Below, in pieces: positions 7,560 to 15,975 of a stretch of 28,107 nucleotides of DNA. The notes beneath the pieces are model-generated. The model was not told the origin of the DNA, did not search any database, and saw only the letters and a list, made by a program, of their open reading frames with translations. Within the stretch, counting starts at the first letter, position 1, and every line of letters starts with the position of its first letter. Both the position numbers and the translations under genes were made by a program. This DNA comes from Candidatus Baldrarchaeum yapensis (GTDB lineage Archaea > Asgardarchaeota > Baldrarchaeia > Baldrarchaeales > Baldrarchaeaceae): NCBI GenBank assembly GCA_016840465.1, contig JAEOSH010000023.1, forward strand, positions 1 to 28,107. Direction: 5' to 3'.

Positions 7560-8474
7560 TCAGGAGGTCGTTATCTCGCATCCGTCTTTGCGGACGATCA
7601 CCGTTTCCTCGGCCTGCGCAACCATACTTCCTTTAATATCGGATAACACCTTGTACTCGTAAAGGATGCCCTTCGTGCTTAATTCCTTGAGTGCAAGTTT
7701 GACTGCAGGGATCTCCTTAACAAGCCATCTTTCGGCAAATGGCAACCCTTTGAACCTATCCGCTGCGATTCTTAGAAGCTTTCTGGAGCTTGTGAGCCTA
7801 ACGGGGACCCTCACCGGGAGAAGCCTATAGATGTACGCATAAGGCGCCTCGCGAACAACACCCGTTCCAGTGGTCGCGAATACCTCTACTGCGAATACCT
7901 CTCCCTCCTCCATCACGTCGCCGGATGGAAGCCCTATGTTTGGTATTGTCTTCGCACCATGGAGTGAGTACTCCTCCAACAGATGCCCCGTCAGGTTCCT
8001 TATCGGCCTATATCCATACTCCCTTATCTTCTCCTCTATTAGCCTTCCGATCTCGTTGGTTCTGACTCCAGCCTTTATGTTCTCAAGTGCGACTTTCAGA
8101 GCAGCCTCCGCTGCCTCCTTAAGTCTCTCAAACTCGCTATTGAAACAGAAAGTAACCGCTGTGTCGGCAATATACCCATCAACATGCACACCAATGTCGA
8201 CTTTAACAACACTTTCATCCTCGATTATCGTTTCATCTCTAGGAGGGGACGTGTAATGGGCGGCAACGTTATTCATCGAAACATTGCACGGAAAGGCCGG
8301 TTGTCCACCTTTCTCCCTAATTAATTTCTCTACGCTCTCACAGATGTCTATCACTCTCGCGCCAACCTTTACCAGTTTTTCTAACTCTTTCTTCACGGCC
8401 TGCGCGATTTCGCCAGCCTTTCTGTACCGCTCTTCTTTCTCTTCCCTCGATAACTCATTCTCCTCCTCACTCAT
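7560..8474 (-). CDS. map: Methionine aminopeptidase, type II
   Basis: AFPCNVS, AAHYT, KVDIGVHVDGYIADTA, NLTGH, AVEVFAT and AQAEET. ATG 8474 follows GAGGAGG. Confidence 0.95.
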   Translation of the reverse strand: MSEEENELSREEKEERYRKAGEIAQAVKKELEKLVKVGARVIDICESVEKLIREKGGQPAFPCNVSMNNVAAHYTSPPRDETIIEDESVVKVDIGVHVDGYIADTAVTFCFNSEFERLKEAAEAALKVALENIKAGVRTNEIGRLIEEKIREYGYRPIRNLTGHLLEEYSLHGAKTIPNIGLPSGDVMEEGEVFAVEVFATTGTGVVREAPYAYIYRLLPVRVPVRLTSSRKLLRIAADRFKGLPFAERWLVKEIPAVKLALKELSTKGILYEYKVLSDIKGSMVAQAEETVIVRKDGCEITTS

Positions 8475-8521
8475 GACTATCCTCCTCACGGTAGTATCAA
8501 GAAGTGTGCTATAAAAAGTTT

Positions 8522-9928
8522 CTAGAGTTCCCTAAAGCGCGAAACGAAGTCCAAAAGTTCCTTATCAACCTGCCATAATTTCCTGCGCTTATCCCAGAAC
8601 TTGTACATCTGCCATGGAACCCAGGAGCCTATGTTCTTATACCTTCTAATTATCAAAAGGTCATCTACATATTCTCGTAAGCTATCAAACAGGAACGCAA
8701 ACTTCTCCCCGTACCCGTGTGGAAGTCTTATGTATAGCATGACCCCCTTCTCGTGCACTATTATAAAACACGAGGGGAACTCGTTCGCCGCCTTGAGTAA
8801 AACTTCCCGCATGTGCTTATCACAAACGACGTTCAGCGCTATGATGTCGTCCAGCCCCAGCCCCTCAACGTATGTATAGGGTTTCCAGACGTTATGCCTT
8901 TCCAGCCGCAACACCCGTTTTCTCACAGCATTTAATGATAGCGAAAATCCATAATTCCTGAGAAAATTCGTAAGTTCTTGATAAGGAGCACGATACTCGA
9001 CCCCACGATATAAGAAAATCAGAAAATCGGGTCTATCGAAATCCATAACTCTACCTTCTAAGAAATGAAGATCTGGCATCGGAAGTACATCCTCGTACTT
9101 TTCAACGAAGTTTATGAGGCCATAAACCCACATGTCTTCCGGAAAGAACCATTCTCTCCCGTCATATCTTTGCAGGTTCCAGCTTTGACCCACAGCCTTT
9201 ATCTCATAAATTTTAACATCATCCAGAACATCATCCTTTAATGCAATTATATTTCGCCTGAACTCATCTTTTAATCGTATTTGATCAGGAATTAGAAAAC
9301 CTAACCATCCCCATTTTTTAGATCCAGTTGAAAACGTATCAATGTTTATACTCGTAAGAAAGGAGGAATTAAAGACCTTGCTTAACATTTTCTCAAAAAC
9401 TGCATCAAATTCCATAAAAATTACATAATATTTTAGTTTAAAGCGTGCATAATTACGAAATGCACAGAATCTAACTCCAAGTTTTTTCTTTAACTTCTTC
9501 AGATTGTAAGTAATAGTTGCAGGACAAACTCCTAACATACTAGCAATATCCTTCAACTTCTTATCAGGATGTATCAATAATGTCTCAAGTATCTTGCGTT
9601 CAGATCCCCTTATCTTTTCGGAGAACTCAAATAAGGACAGAAGATTAAGTATTTGTTGCTTGTTCGTTATACCATACTTCTTTATCATTCTGAGCCTGCA
9701 GATTATCGCCTCGTATAAACTTTTGTCTTTCGGCACAAGCATCGGATCAAAAGGCCGCATATCCTTGGTCTTAGGAAATAACATTTTCTTATCTTCGATT
9801 AAACCATCGCATCTCGCAAGATAAATCTTTATTTTCAGAAATAGATCCTGTAAGTCTGGATCTGATGTCTTAGGGAAGAGATCATCATACTGGTTCAGGA
9901 CTGATGTGAGCTCGGTCTCGTCGCTCAC
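8522..9928 (-). CDS. Large winged-HTH (Lrp/AsnC-like, two HTH modules) putative transcription regulator
   Basis: HTH1 is ILETLLIHPDKKLKDIASMLGVCPATITYNLKKL. A second HTH-like segment is FSLSLNAVRKRVLRLE. Each is followed by a beta/alpha RAM-like region. Confidence 0.65.
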   Translation of the reverse strand: MSDETELTSVLNQYDDLFPKTSDPDLQDLFLKIKIYLARCDGLIEDKKMLFPKTKDMRPFDPMLVPKDKSLYEAIICRLRMIKKYGITNKQQILNLLSLFEFSEKIRGSERKILETLLIHPDKKLKDIASMLGVCPATITYNLKKLKKKLGVRFCAFRNYARFKLKYYVIFMEFDAVFEKMLSKVFNSSFLTSINIDTFSTGSKKWGWLGFLIPDQIRLKDEFRRNIIALKDDVLDDVKIYEIKAVGQSWNLQRYDGREWFFPEDMWVYGLINFVEKYEDVLPMPDLHFLEGRVMDFDRPDFLIFLYRGVEYRAPYQELTNFLRNYGFSLSLNAVRKRVLRLERHNVWKPYTYVEGLGLDDIIALNVVCDKHMREVLLKAANEFPSCFIIVHEKGVMLYIRLPHGYGEKFAFLFDSLREYVDDLLIIRRYKNIGSWVPWQMYKFWDKRRKLWQVDKELLDFVSRFREL

Positions 9929-10033
9929 GCTGGTACACCGTTTTAATCTTTACTGATTATTTTTAAAAATTTTCCACGTATACGAACATCTTCTTCGCAT
10001 AAAAACTTTTCATTTGCCAAGAAAATTCGACTA

Positions 10034-10057
10034 ATATATTTTTCCGAGGAAATATAT
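10034..10057. promoter_or_regulatory. Imperfect inverted repeat ATATATTTTTCC-GA-GGAAATATAT, candidate operator
   Basis: Lies in the AT-rich divergent intergenic region upstream of the wHTH gene. Confidence 0.3.
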
Positions 10058-10211
10058 CTTTAGACATGAAATTAGATGCAAATTAACGTAAACGTCTTGA
10101 TATTTACTCTCGTTTTCTGGAATTATTATAATCCATTGTCACGCTTCCAATCCTAGGTGATGAGAATGTACCCACAGGATCCATTCCCAGTTTAAATATG
10201 GGGCGTTCGCT

Positions 10212-10418
10212 ATGACGATGAAGCGCATGCTAATAACGCCAGCAACGAAAGAAGTAGAGCTAAGGGAAATCGCTGCACTGACGGAATTAATAACTGAATA
10301 TGTCAAGAAGGCAATGAAGTGCACCGACGTTTACATCGTTGGAAGAGCGTCCAACGGGAAAATCATCATAAGGAAGAACTCTGTCGGCGTGGAAGTGATA
10401 AAGGAGGGTATCAAATGA
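10212..10418 (+). CDS. Small hypothetical protein (63-68 aa depending on start)
   Basis: TTTAAATA TATA box at 10191-10198. Its stop overlaps the next start (ATGA). Confidence 0.6.
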   Translation: MTMKRMLITPATKEVELREIAALTELITEYVKKAMKCTDVYIVGRASNGKIIIRKNSVGVEVIKEGIK

Positions 10419-10711
10419 TAAAAGTGATGTTATCCACATCTAAGGACTTTATCGAGTTTATAAGGAGTAAGCGAAATGAGATAGAAGTTGTATTCATGAT
10501 GGAACGCGACGGCAAAAAGGTATACATACTGCCGTGCCTTGTCAACGGCCTCCCAATAATGATGTTCTGCGAGGTAAATGACGGAGAACTGAACCTCGAG
10601 GAGAAAATAAAGATCTTAAATGGAGTGGATGCGACGCTCTGGAAGGTTAGGATCCTGAAAATAGACAAAATAGAGGAGTTGAGCAAAAGCGTGGCGATTC
10701 CGATAAGGTGA
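10415..10711 (+). CDS. Small hypothetical protein (98 aa)
   Basis: GGAGG at 10403-10407 and an ATGA overlap with the upstream gene define the start at 10415, not the 10319 given in the track. Confidence 0.65.
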   Translation: MIKVMLSTSKDFIEFIRSKRNEIEVVFMMERDGKKVYILPCLVNGLPIMMFCEVNDGELNLEEKIKILNGVDATLWKVRILKIDKIEELSKSVAIPIR

Positions 10712-10814
10712 TTCTTGAAAGGTTTGAGAAGTTTTTATACTTCGGCGTCTTCACAATTTTTATTACCACTTCTTTAACAAATCTGTGCATAGATTCTTCC
10801 CTGGTATCGGGCAT
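10647..10814 (-). CDS. Possible 55-aa small protein
   Basis: GAGGTG lies 9 nt before ATG 10814. Reads MPDTREESMHRFVKEVVIKIVKTPKYKNFS... and overlaps the convergent gene end by 65 nt. Confidence 0.2.
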   Translation of the reverse strand: MPDTREESMHRFVKEVVIKIVKTPKYKNFSNLSRITLSESPRFCSTPLFCLFSGS

Positions 10815-10960
10815 CTCCGATCCCACCTCTTACTTTATAGAAACTTTAATAACGGTCAGCATGTTCTTTTAGGCTAAGTTCACCGTAACATAATCACGCG
10901 ACTTTAACGTCACTGGTATAAAAACTCATTCTCGGGTTATGATCACCGAGGTGTGTCGAA

Positions 10961-13171
10961 TTGGTTAGGGTCAAGGACCCCGAGGAAGTAGCGAAACTGA
11001 TAATGCGAGGACCGCTGGAGAATAAGAGAATATTCAGCATAGTGGCCCACATAGACCATGGAAAGACCACCACAACAGACTACCTGCTTAGAAGAGCGGG
11101 GCTTATGAGCTTCGATGCCGCCGGGCAAGTGCTGATGACAGACTACGACGAGGAAGAGAAACAACGAGGGATCACCATCTTCACCAGTGTTGTCAACCTC
11201 GCGTACGAGTATAAGGGCAGGGAGTACATCTTCCAGATAAACGACACCCCGGGTCACATTAGTTTCACGGGAGAGGTCTCAAGAGCGCTTAGAGGCAGTG
11301 ATGGTGCCGTGATTCTCGTTGATGCGCTGGAGGGAGTAATGACACAGACGGAAACCAACATCAGGCTCGCTGTGGGTGAGGAGTTATGCAAACCAGTACT
11401 TTTCATCAACAAGGTTGATAGACTAATAAGCGAGCTGAAGCTATCGCCTCAGGAGGTAAATCAGCGCCTCGACAAAATCGTACGTAAAGTTAACACGTTA
11501 ATAGCAAAGGTGGCGCCCCCAGAGTTCAAAAAGGAGTGGCAAGTGAGTTTCCAGAAGGGCTCCGTTGCGATAGGATCCGCTAAGCATGGTTGGGGATTCA
11601 CAATACACACCCTGCGCGAGAAGAAGATACATCCGAACATAATATTCGAGAAGTACCAAGAAGGAGACGTAGAATGGTTGAGAAAGAACCTGCCACTCGA
11701 TGATGCACTCCTTCCGATGATTATAGAGCATCTTCCAGATCCGAAGACTGCCCAGAGATACAGGATAAGGAAGCTGTGGTCCGGAGACCCCGATAGTGAA
11801 GTTGGTCGTGCCCTAATGGAGTGCGATCCCGACGGCCCAATGGTTGGGATGATAACAAAGATATTCATACACCCCAAGAGTAAGCGTCCGACGCTCATCG
11901 GTAGGGTATTCTCCGGAACTCTCTCAGAGGGAGACGAAATATATCTGATATCGCAAAAGTCGACGCAGAGAGTCAAAAGGCTGGGAGTTATGGAAATTAC
12001 CGACATCCTTGACGTGGATGCTGTCCCTGCTGGCAACTTATTCGCAATATTTGGCTTCATCTGCCCAGCAGGAGAAACATTCACCGAGCCGGGTCTCAAT
12101 ATACCGCCGTTCGAAGAGATAAGATACGTTGCTGAGCCAGTTGTCTCAGTAAGAATAATGCCGGTTAATCCACAGGACCTTGCCCGCCTTGGTGAAGTTG
12201 TGAAGATGTGGGTGATGGCAGATCCCACCGCGATGTTCTACATTGACAGGGAGGCGAACCAGTACATTCTCTCCGGAATAGACCCGCTTCAGATAGAGAT
12301 CCTAACAAAGCGCATCAATGAGCAGGTACCGATTAAGGTAACTCCGCCAATAATCGTGTACAGAGAGGTGCCAACACAGAGAGGCCAGGAACTCTATACG
12401 AAGTCTCCAAATGCTCTTAACAGAATACAACTATATGTCGAGCCGCTAGATGAGGAGACCATGGCACTCATCCGTGAGGGTAAGATATGGGCTGAGCAAG
12501 ACCCAAAGGAGAGAGCAAAGATTTTGAGAGAGATAGGCTGGGAGACGGACGAAGCCCGTGGGGTTTGGGACATTTATGGTTTGAACATTTTCGTTGACAA
12601 GACTAAAGGTGTCCAAAGGCTTGATAGGATAAAGAGCTACATAATCGGGGCGTTCAGAGACTGGTGCTCCGGTGCAACGCTCGCTAAAGAGCCCGCAATG
12701 GGAGTAAAGGCGGTTATGGAGGACTGCTTCGTACACGAAGACCCTGCACACACCACATACTACCAGATTTCACTGATGACAATCGCAGGACTCAACATAA
12801 GCTTCCTGACCTCGAAACCGCGCCTCTATGAGCCAATCGTTCGAGTCGACATAAAGGTGCCAATGGGATACGAGGGAGAAATATTCAGAATAATCACGCA
12901 CCATAGGGGCCAGATTCTTGGAGTTGAACATGAAGAGGATGTCGTCAGAATAATGGGTAGACTTCCAACTGCGGAGACTCTGCAAATAGCCGATGAGTTC
13001 AGAAGTGCAACACAGGGTCGTGCTTTCTTCGGATATGAGTTCGACAGATTCGAGCCCGTGCCCGAGAACCTTCAGGAGAAGTTAATAAGGGAGATCAGAA
13101 AGAGAAAGGGACTCCCAGAAGAACCACCGACAATAAAGGACTGGGAGAGATTCATATACGTCAGAACATAA
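10961..13171 (+). CDS. fusA: Elongation factor 2 family GTPase, divergent paralog (aEF-2p-like)
   Basis: AHIDHGKT, RGITI, DTPGH, NKVD and EF-2 domains II-V are present. The diphthamide loop reads HEDPAHTTYYQ rather than H...HRG. It is not in the str operon context. Confidence 0.9.
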   Translation: MVRVKDPEEVAKLIMRGPLENKRIFSIVAHIDHGKTTTTDYLLRRAGLMSFDAAGQVLMTDYDEEEKQRGITIFTSVVNLAYEYKGREYIFQINDTPGHISFTGEVSRALRGSDGAVILVDALEGVMTQTETNIRLAVGEELCKPVLFINKVDRLISELKLSPQEVNQRLDKIVRKVNTLIAKVAPPEFKKEWQVSFQKGSVAIGSAKHGWGFTIHTLREKKIHPNIIFEKYQEGDVEWLRKNLPLDDALLPMIIEHLPDPKTAQRYRIRKLWSGDPDSEVGRALMECDPDGPMVGMITKIFIHPKSKRPTLIGRVFSGTLSEGDEIYLISQKSTQRVKRLGVMEITDILDVDAVPAGNLFAIFGFICPAGETFTEPGLNIPPFEEIRYVAEPVVSVRIMPVNPQDLARLGEVVKMWVMADPTAMFYIDREANQYILSGIDPLQIEILTKRINEQVPIKVTPPIIVYREVPTQRGQELYTKSPNALNRIQLYVEPLDEETMALIREGKIWAEQDPKERAKILREIGWETDEARGVWDIYGLNIFVDKTKGVQRLDRIKSYIIGAFRDWCSGATLAKEPAMGVKAVMEDCFVHEDPAHTTYYQISLMTIAGLNISFLTSKPRLYEPIVRVDIKVPMGYEGEIFRIITHHRGQILGVEHEEDVVRIMGRLPTAETLQIADEFRSATQGRAFFGYEFDRFEPVPENLQEKLIREIRKRKGLPEEPPTIKDWERFIYVRT

Positions 13172-13175
13172 TTTG

Positions 13176-15002
13176 CTATTCTGCACCCTCTTCAACCATT
13201 TTCTCCGCCTCGATCGCAATAGGCAGATAGTAGTACTCTCCTATCGATTTTTGATACCTATCCATCTTTGATCCTTCCTTATTTACACGTGGCCGCCCGG
13301 TCTGCGGGTCTCGTCTGAACGTTATCTGTAAGTCCTTAAGGAACATGTTCATGCCCGTTTTCATGTCAAGCGGTCTGGTGGCATGTCCGTGTCGCCCTGG
13401 TTCCCCGTAGAAGATCATAAGCCTATCAGCAATAAAATCTTGGGCGACTATATCATGTTCAACGACAAATGCTGCGGCCTCCTTCATCTCTACAACTCTT
13501 CTAATAGCCCTCGCAACTGCAAGTCGTTGTTCCACATCCAAAAACGCGCTGGGCTCGTCAAGGAGATATAAATCCGCATCCCTAGAAAGGCAAGTGGCAA
13601 CCGCGACTCTCTGCAACTCTCCACCGCTTAAATCCGGAACATACGCTCTTAAAAGACGCCTGAGTTGAAGTCCCTCTATAATTTCCGTCTTATAAATGCT
13701 GGAGTTATATGCGGAGCCAGCAACTGTTCTCAAAAGGCTTTCAACGGTTCCATCGTAATCAGGCGAAATATATTGGGGCTTATAACTTATCTTCAGTCGG
13801 AAGTCAGGCTTCTCTCCTTCATCCGGCTCTATTAGCCCTGCCAGCAACTTTATAAAAGTTGTCTTGCCGATCCCGTTCGGTCCAAGGATCCCTATGACCT
13901 CGCCCTTCATGACCTCGCCTCCCTCAACCTCGAGCACAAAGTCCTTGTACCTTTTGATCATGCGCGGGAAGGTCAGAAAGATGTTCTCAGGAAGAACTCT
14001 CTGAACTGGTGCAGGCCTGAGGTGGAATCTTATGGGCTCTTTACGGAACCTTATGTTCTCATCCGCGATGTAGCCATCTAAGAATATGTTGATTCCCTCA
14101 CGTGCACTATGGGGATGTGATACTATTCCGTAAACTCCGGGAACCCCATAAAATATACATATGTTGTCCGAAAGATAGTCCAGCATTGCAAGGTCGTGTT
14201 CAACAACCACAACGGTCTTTCCCGCTTTGCAAAGCTCCCTGATACTTCTAGCAACCCTTATCCTTTCCTTAACATCAAGGTAGCTTGATGGCTCATCGAA
14301 TAAGTAAACATTTGCATCTTTGAGTTTTGCAGCGGCTATTGCGAGTTTCTGCAACTCTCCACCACTGAGAACCTTTACCTCGCGATCCCACAACTTTAGA
14401 AGGTCTAATTGTTCTGCAACCTCCTTTGACATGCCTATCTCGTCTACTTTCTTTAAAATCTGCCCCACGGTCCCCTTCACGACCTTCGGGATCTTCGTGA
14501 TGTTTTGAGGTTTGTGAACAACCCTCATCTCCTTGTCGATCAACTTCTTAAAATAAGGTTGTAGCTCTGATCCGCGGAAGAACCTTATTATTTCGTCCCA
14601 TTCGGGTGGATCGTCATGTCTTCCAAGGTTTGGTTTCATTTCTCCAGCGAGAATTTTCAGCGCGGTGGTCTTTCCCGCAGCGTTTGGTCCTATCAGTCCG
14701 GTCACCCTCCCAGGCTTTGGAATCGGCAATCTGAACAACTCAAACCCGTTGGGGCCGTATCTGTGCACAAGATCGCTCTTTAAACGCTCAGGTAGGTTCA
14801 CTATACTTATTGCCTCGAATGGACACTTCTTAATACAAATACCACATCCGCTACACAACTTCTCCGAAATGACCGGCTTTCCGGTCTCTTCATCGAATAC
14901 TATTGCTTCAACGCCGGTCTTCACCATTGGACAGAATCTCATACATTCCTTTGTGCAGTCCTTGGGCTTGCAATTGTCATAATCGATCACTGCGATTCTC
15001 AT
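13176..15002 (-). CDS. rli: Ribosome recycling factor ABCE1 (RNase L inhibitor homolog)
   Basis: N-terminal 2x[4Fe-4S] domain (CKPKDC..C...CP; CSGCGICIKKCP) and two ABC domains (GPNAAGKTT, LSGGELQ, GPNGIGKTT, VVEHD). Confidence 0.97.
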   Translation of the reverse strand: MRIAVIDYDNCKPKDCTKECMRFCPMVKTGVEAIVFDEETGKPVISEKLCSGCGICIKKCPFEAISIVNLPERLKSDLVHRYGPNGFELFRLPIPKPGRVTGLIGPNAAGKTTALKILAGEMKPNLGRHDDPPEWDEIIRFFRGSELQPYFKKLIDKEMRVVHKPQNITKIPKVVKGTVGQILKKVDEIGMSKEVAEQLDLLKLWDREVKVLSGGELQKLAIAAAKLKDANVYLFDEPSSYLDVKERIRVARSIRELCKAGKTVVVVEHDLAMLDYLSDNICIFYGVPGVYGIVSHPHSAREGINIFLDGYIADENIRFRKEPIRFHLRPAPVQRVLPENIFLTFPRMIKRYKDFVLEVEGGEVMKGEVIGILGPNGIGKTTFIKLLAGLIEPDEGEKPDFRLKISYKPQYISPDYDGTVESLLRTVAGSAYNSSIYKTEIIEGLQLRRLLRAYVPDLSGGELQRVAVATCLSRDADLYLLDEPSAFLDVEQRLAVARAIRRVVEMKEAAAFVVEHDIVAQDFIADRLMIFYGEPGRHGHATRPLDMKTGMNMFLKDLQITFRRDPQTGRPRVNKEGSKMDRYQKSIGEYYYLPIAIEAEKMVEEGAE

Positions 15003-15011
15003 GACATCCAC

Positions 15012-15950
15012 CTATGGGAACCTTATGCCCGCATGCACCTTTTCGTCATCTGATGAACAGTACGCCCAAGACATAAATGGAGTGCTATGAGAAATTCCAA
15101 CGTTCCCACGTGTGTCTAACAGGATAATCCCCATGGGTACATCCTTCGCAACACTAACGACATGATCTATCGTCATATCGGCCGCATGTTGTGCAAATAA
15201 TCCTTTCCGGAGCAATTCACATGCGTACCTTGCAACCATGAGTCTCATCGACACCTCTCCTAAACCCGTAACGGAAGCCGCTCCCACGCCATTCTCCGCA
15301 TACGTTCCGGCCCCTATAATCGCAGAATCCCCGATCCTTCCCGGAAGCTTTAACATAATTCCACCAGTACTCGTTCCCGCTGCAAGATTACCATCCCTGT
15401 CTAGGGCTACGGCTCCAACAGTTCCGCTCGAAATCTCCGGAATTTTCCGAATCAACTCTAGATTCTTGCGGAAAAACTCGTAACTTCCCTCCTTGAATTT
15501 CTTGAGAACATCTTCCCAAAGACGCCTCTGTTCGTCGGTTATGGGGTTACACTTCTCCATTTCGAACTTCTCCGCTAACAATTCGGCAGTTCTCCCCGTT
15601 ATCAAGACATGATCTGTCTTTTCCATCACAATTCTCGCTAGGGAAATCGGATTCTTAACACTCGAAACGAGAGCAACCGCGCCCGCTTTGAGAGTTCTCC
15701 CATCCATTATCGACGCGTCCATCTCCACAGTTCCGTTAATTGTCAACGCGGAACCCGTACCTGCATTGAACACCGGATTATCCTCTAAAACCCTAACTGT
15801 AGTCTCAACGGCGTCTAAAGCCGATCCTCCTCTCTTAAGTACTTCATAACCCGCCTGTGCGGCAGTCCTGATGCCATTCAGCACATCGTTCTCAGGAAAC
15901 ACCAACCTTAATCCGGCACCGCCATGACATAGAATAACAAAACGTCTCAT
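15012..15950 (-). CDS. iaaA: Isoaspartyl peptidase / L-asparaginase (Ntn hydrolase, asparaginase 2 family)
   Basis: HGGAG, FNAGTGS, EMDASIMDG, nucleophile GTVGAVA, TSTGG and GRIGDS. Confidence 0.9.
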   Translation of the reverse strand: MRRFVILCHGGAGLRLVFPENDVLNGIRTAAQAGYEVLKRGGSALDAVETTVRVLEDNPVFNAGTGSALTINGTVEMDASIMDGRTLKAGAVALVSSVKNPISLARIVMEKTDHVLITGRTAELLAEKFEMEKCNPITDEQRRLWEDVLKKFKEGSYEFFRKNLELIRKIPEISSGTVGAVALDRDGNLAAGTSTGGIMLKLPGRIGDSAIIGAGTYAENGVGAASVTGLGEVSMRLMVARYACELLRKGLFAQHAADMTIDHVVSVAKDVPMGIILLDTRGNVGISHSTPFMSWAYCSSDDEKVHAGIRFP

Positions 15951-15975
15951 ATCGCTCAACTCCACATTTTTGAAT

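Noticed and set aside
10150-10182. Single-guide C/D-like element GTGATGA-GAATGTACCCAC-AGGA
   Set aside because: It has a perfect C box and the same AGGA variant as the real sRNA, but no second box pair and only about 7 bp of complementarity to a recalled 23S segment. Worth a snoscan run but not supportable now.
9929-10200. Replication origin in the AT-rich intergenic region
   Set aside because: TTCC-GA-GGAAA has the wrong spacing for a mini-ORB, there are no repeated ORBs, and no orc1/cdc6 gene is adjacent.
10319-10414. N-terminal extension of the 130-aa track ORF
   Set aside because: It overlaps the upstream gene. The SD and ATGA overlap place the start at 10415.
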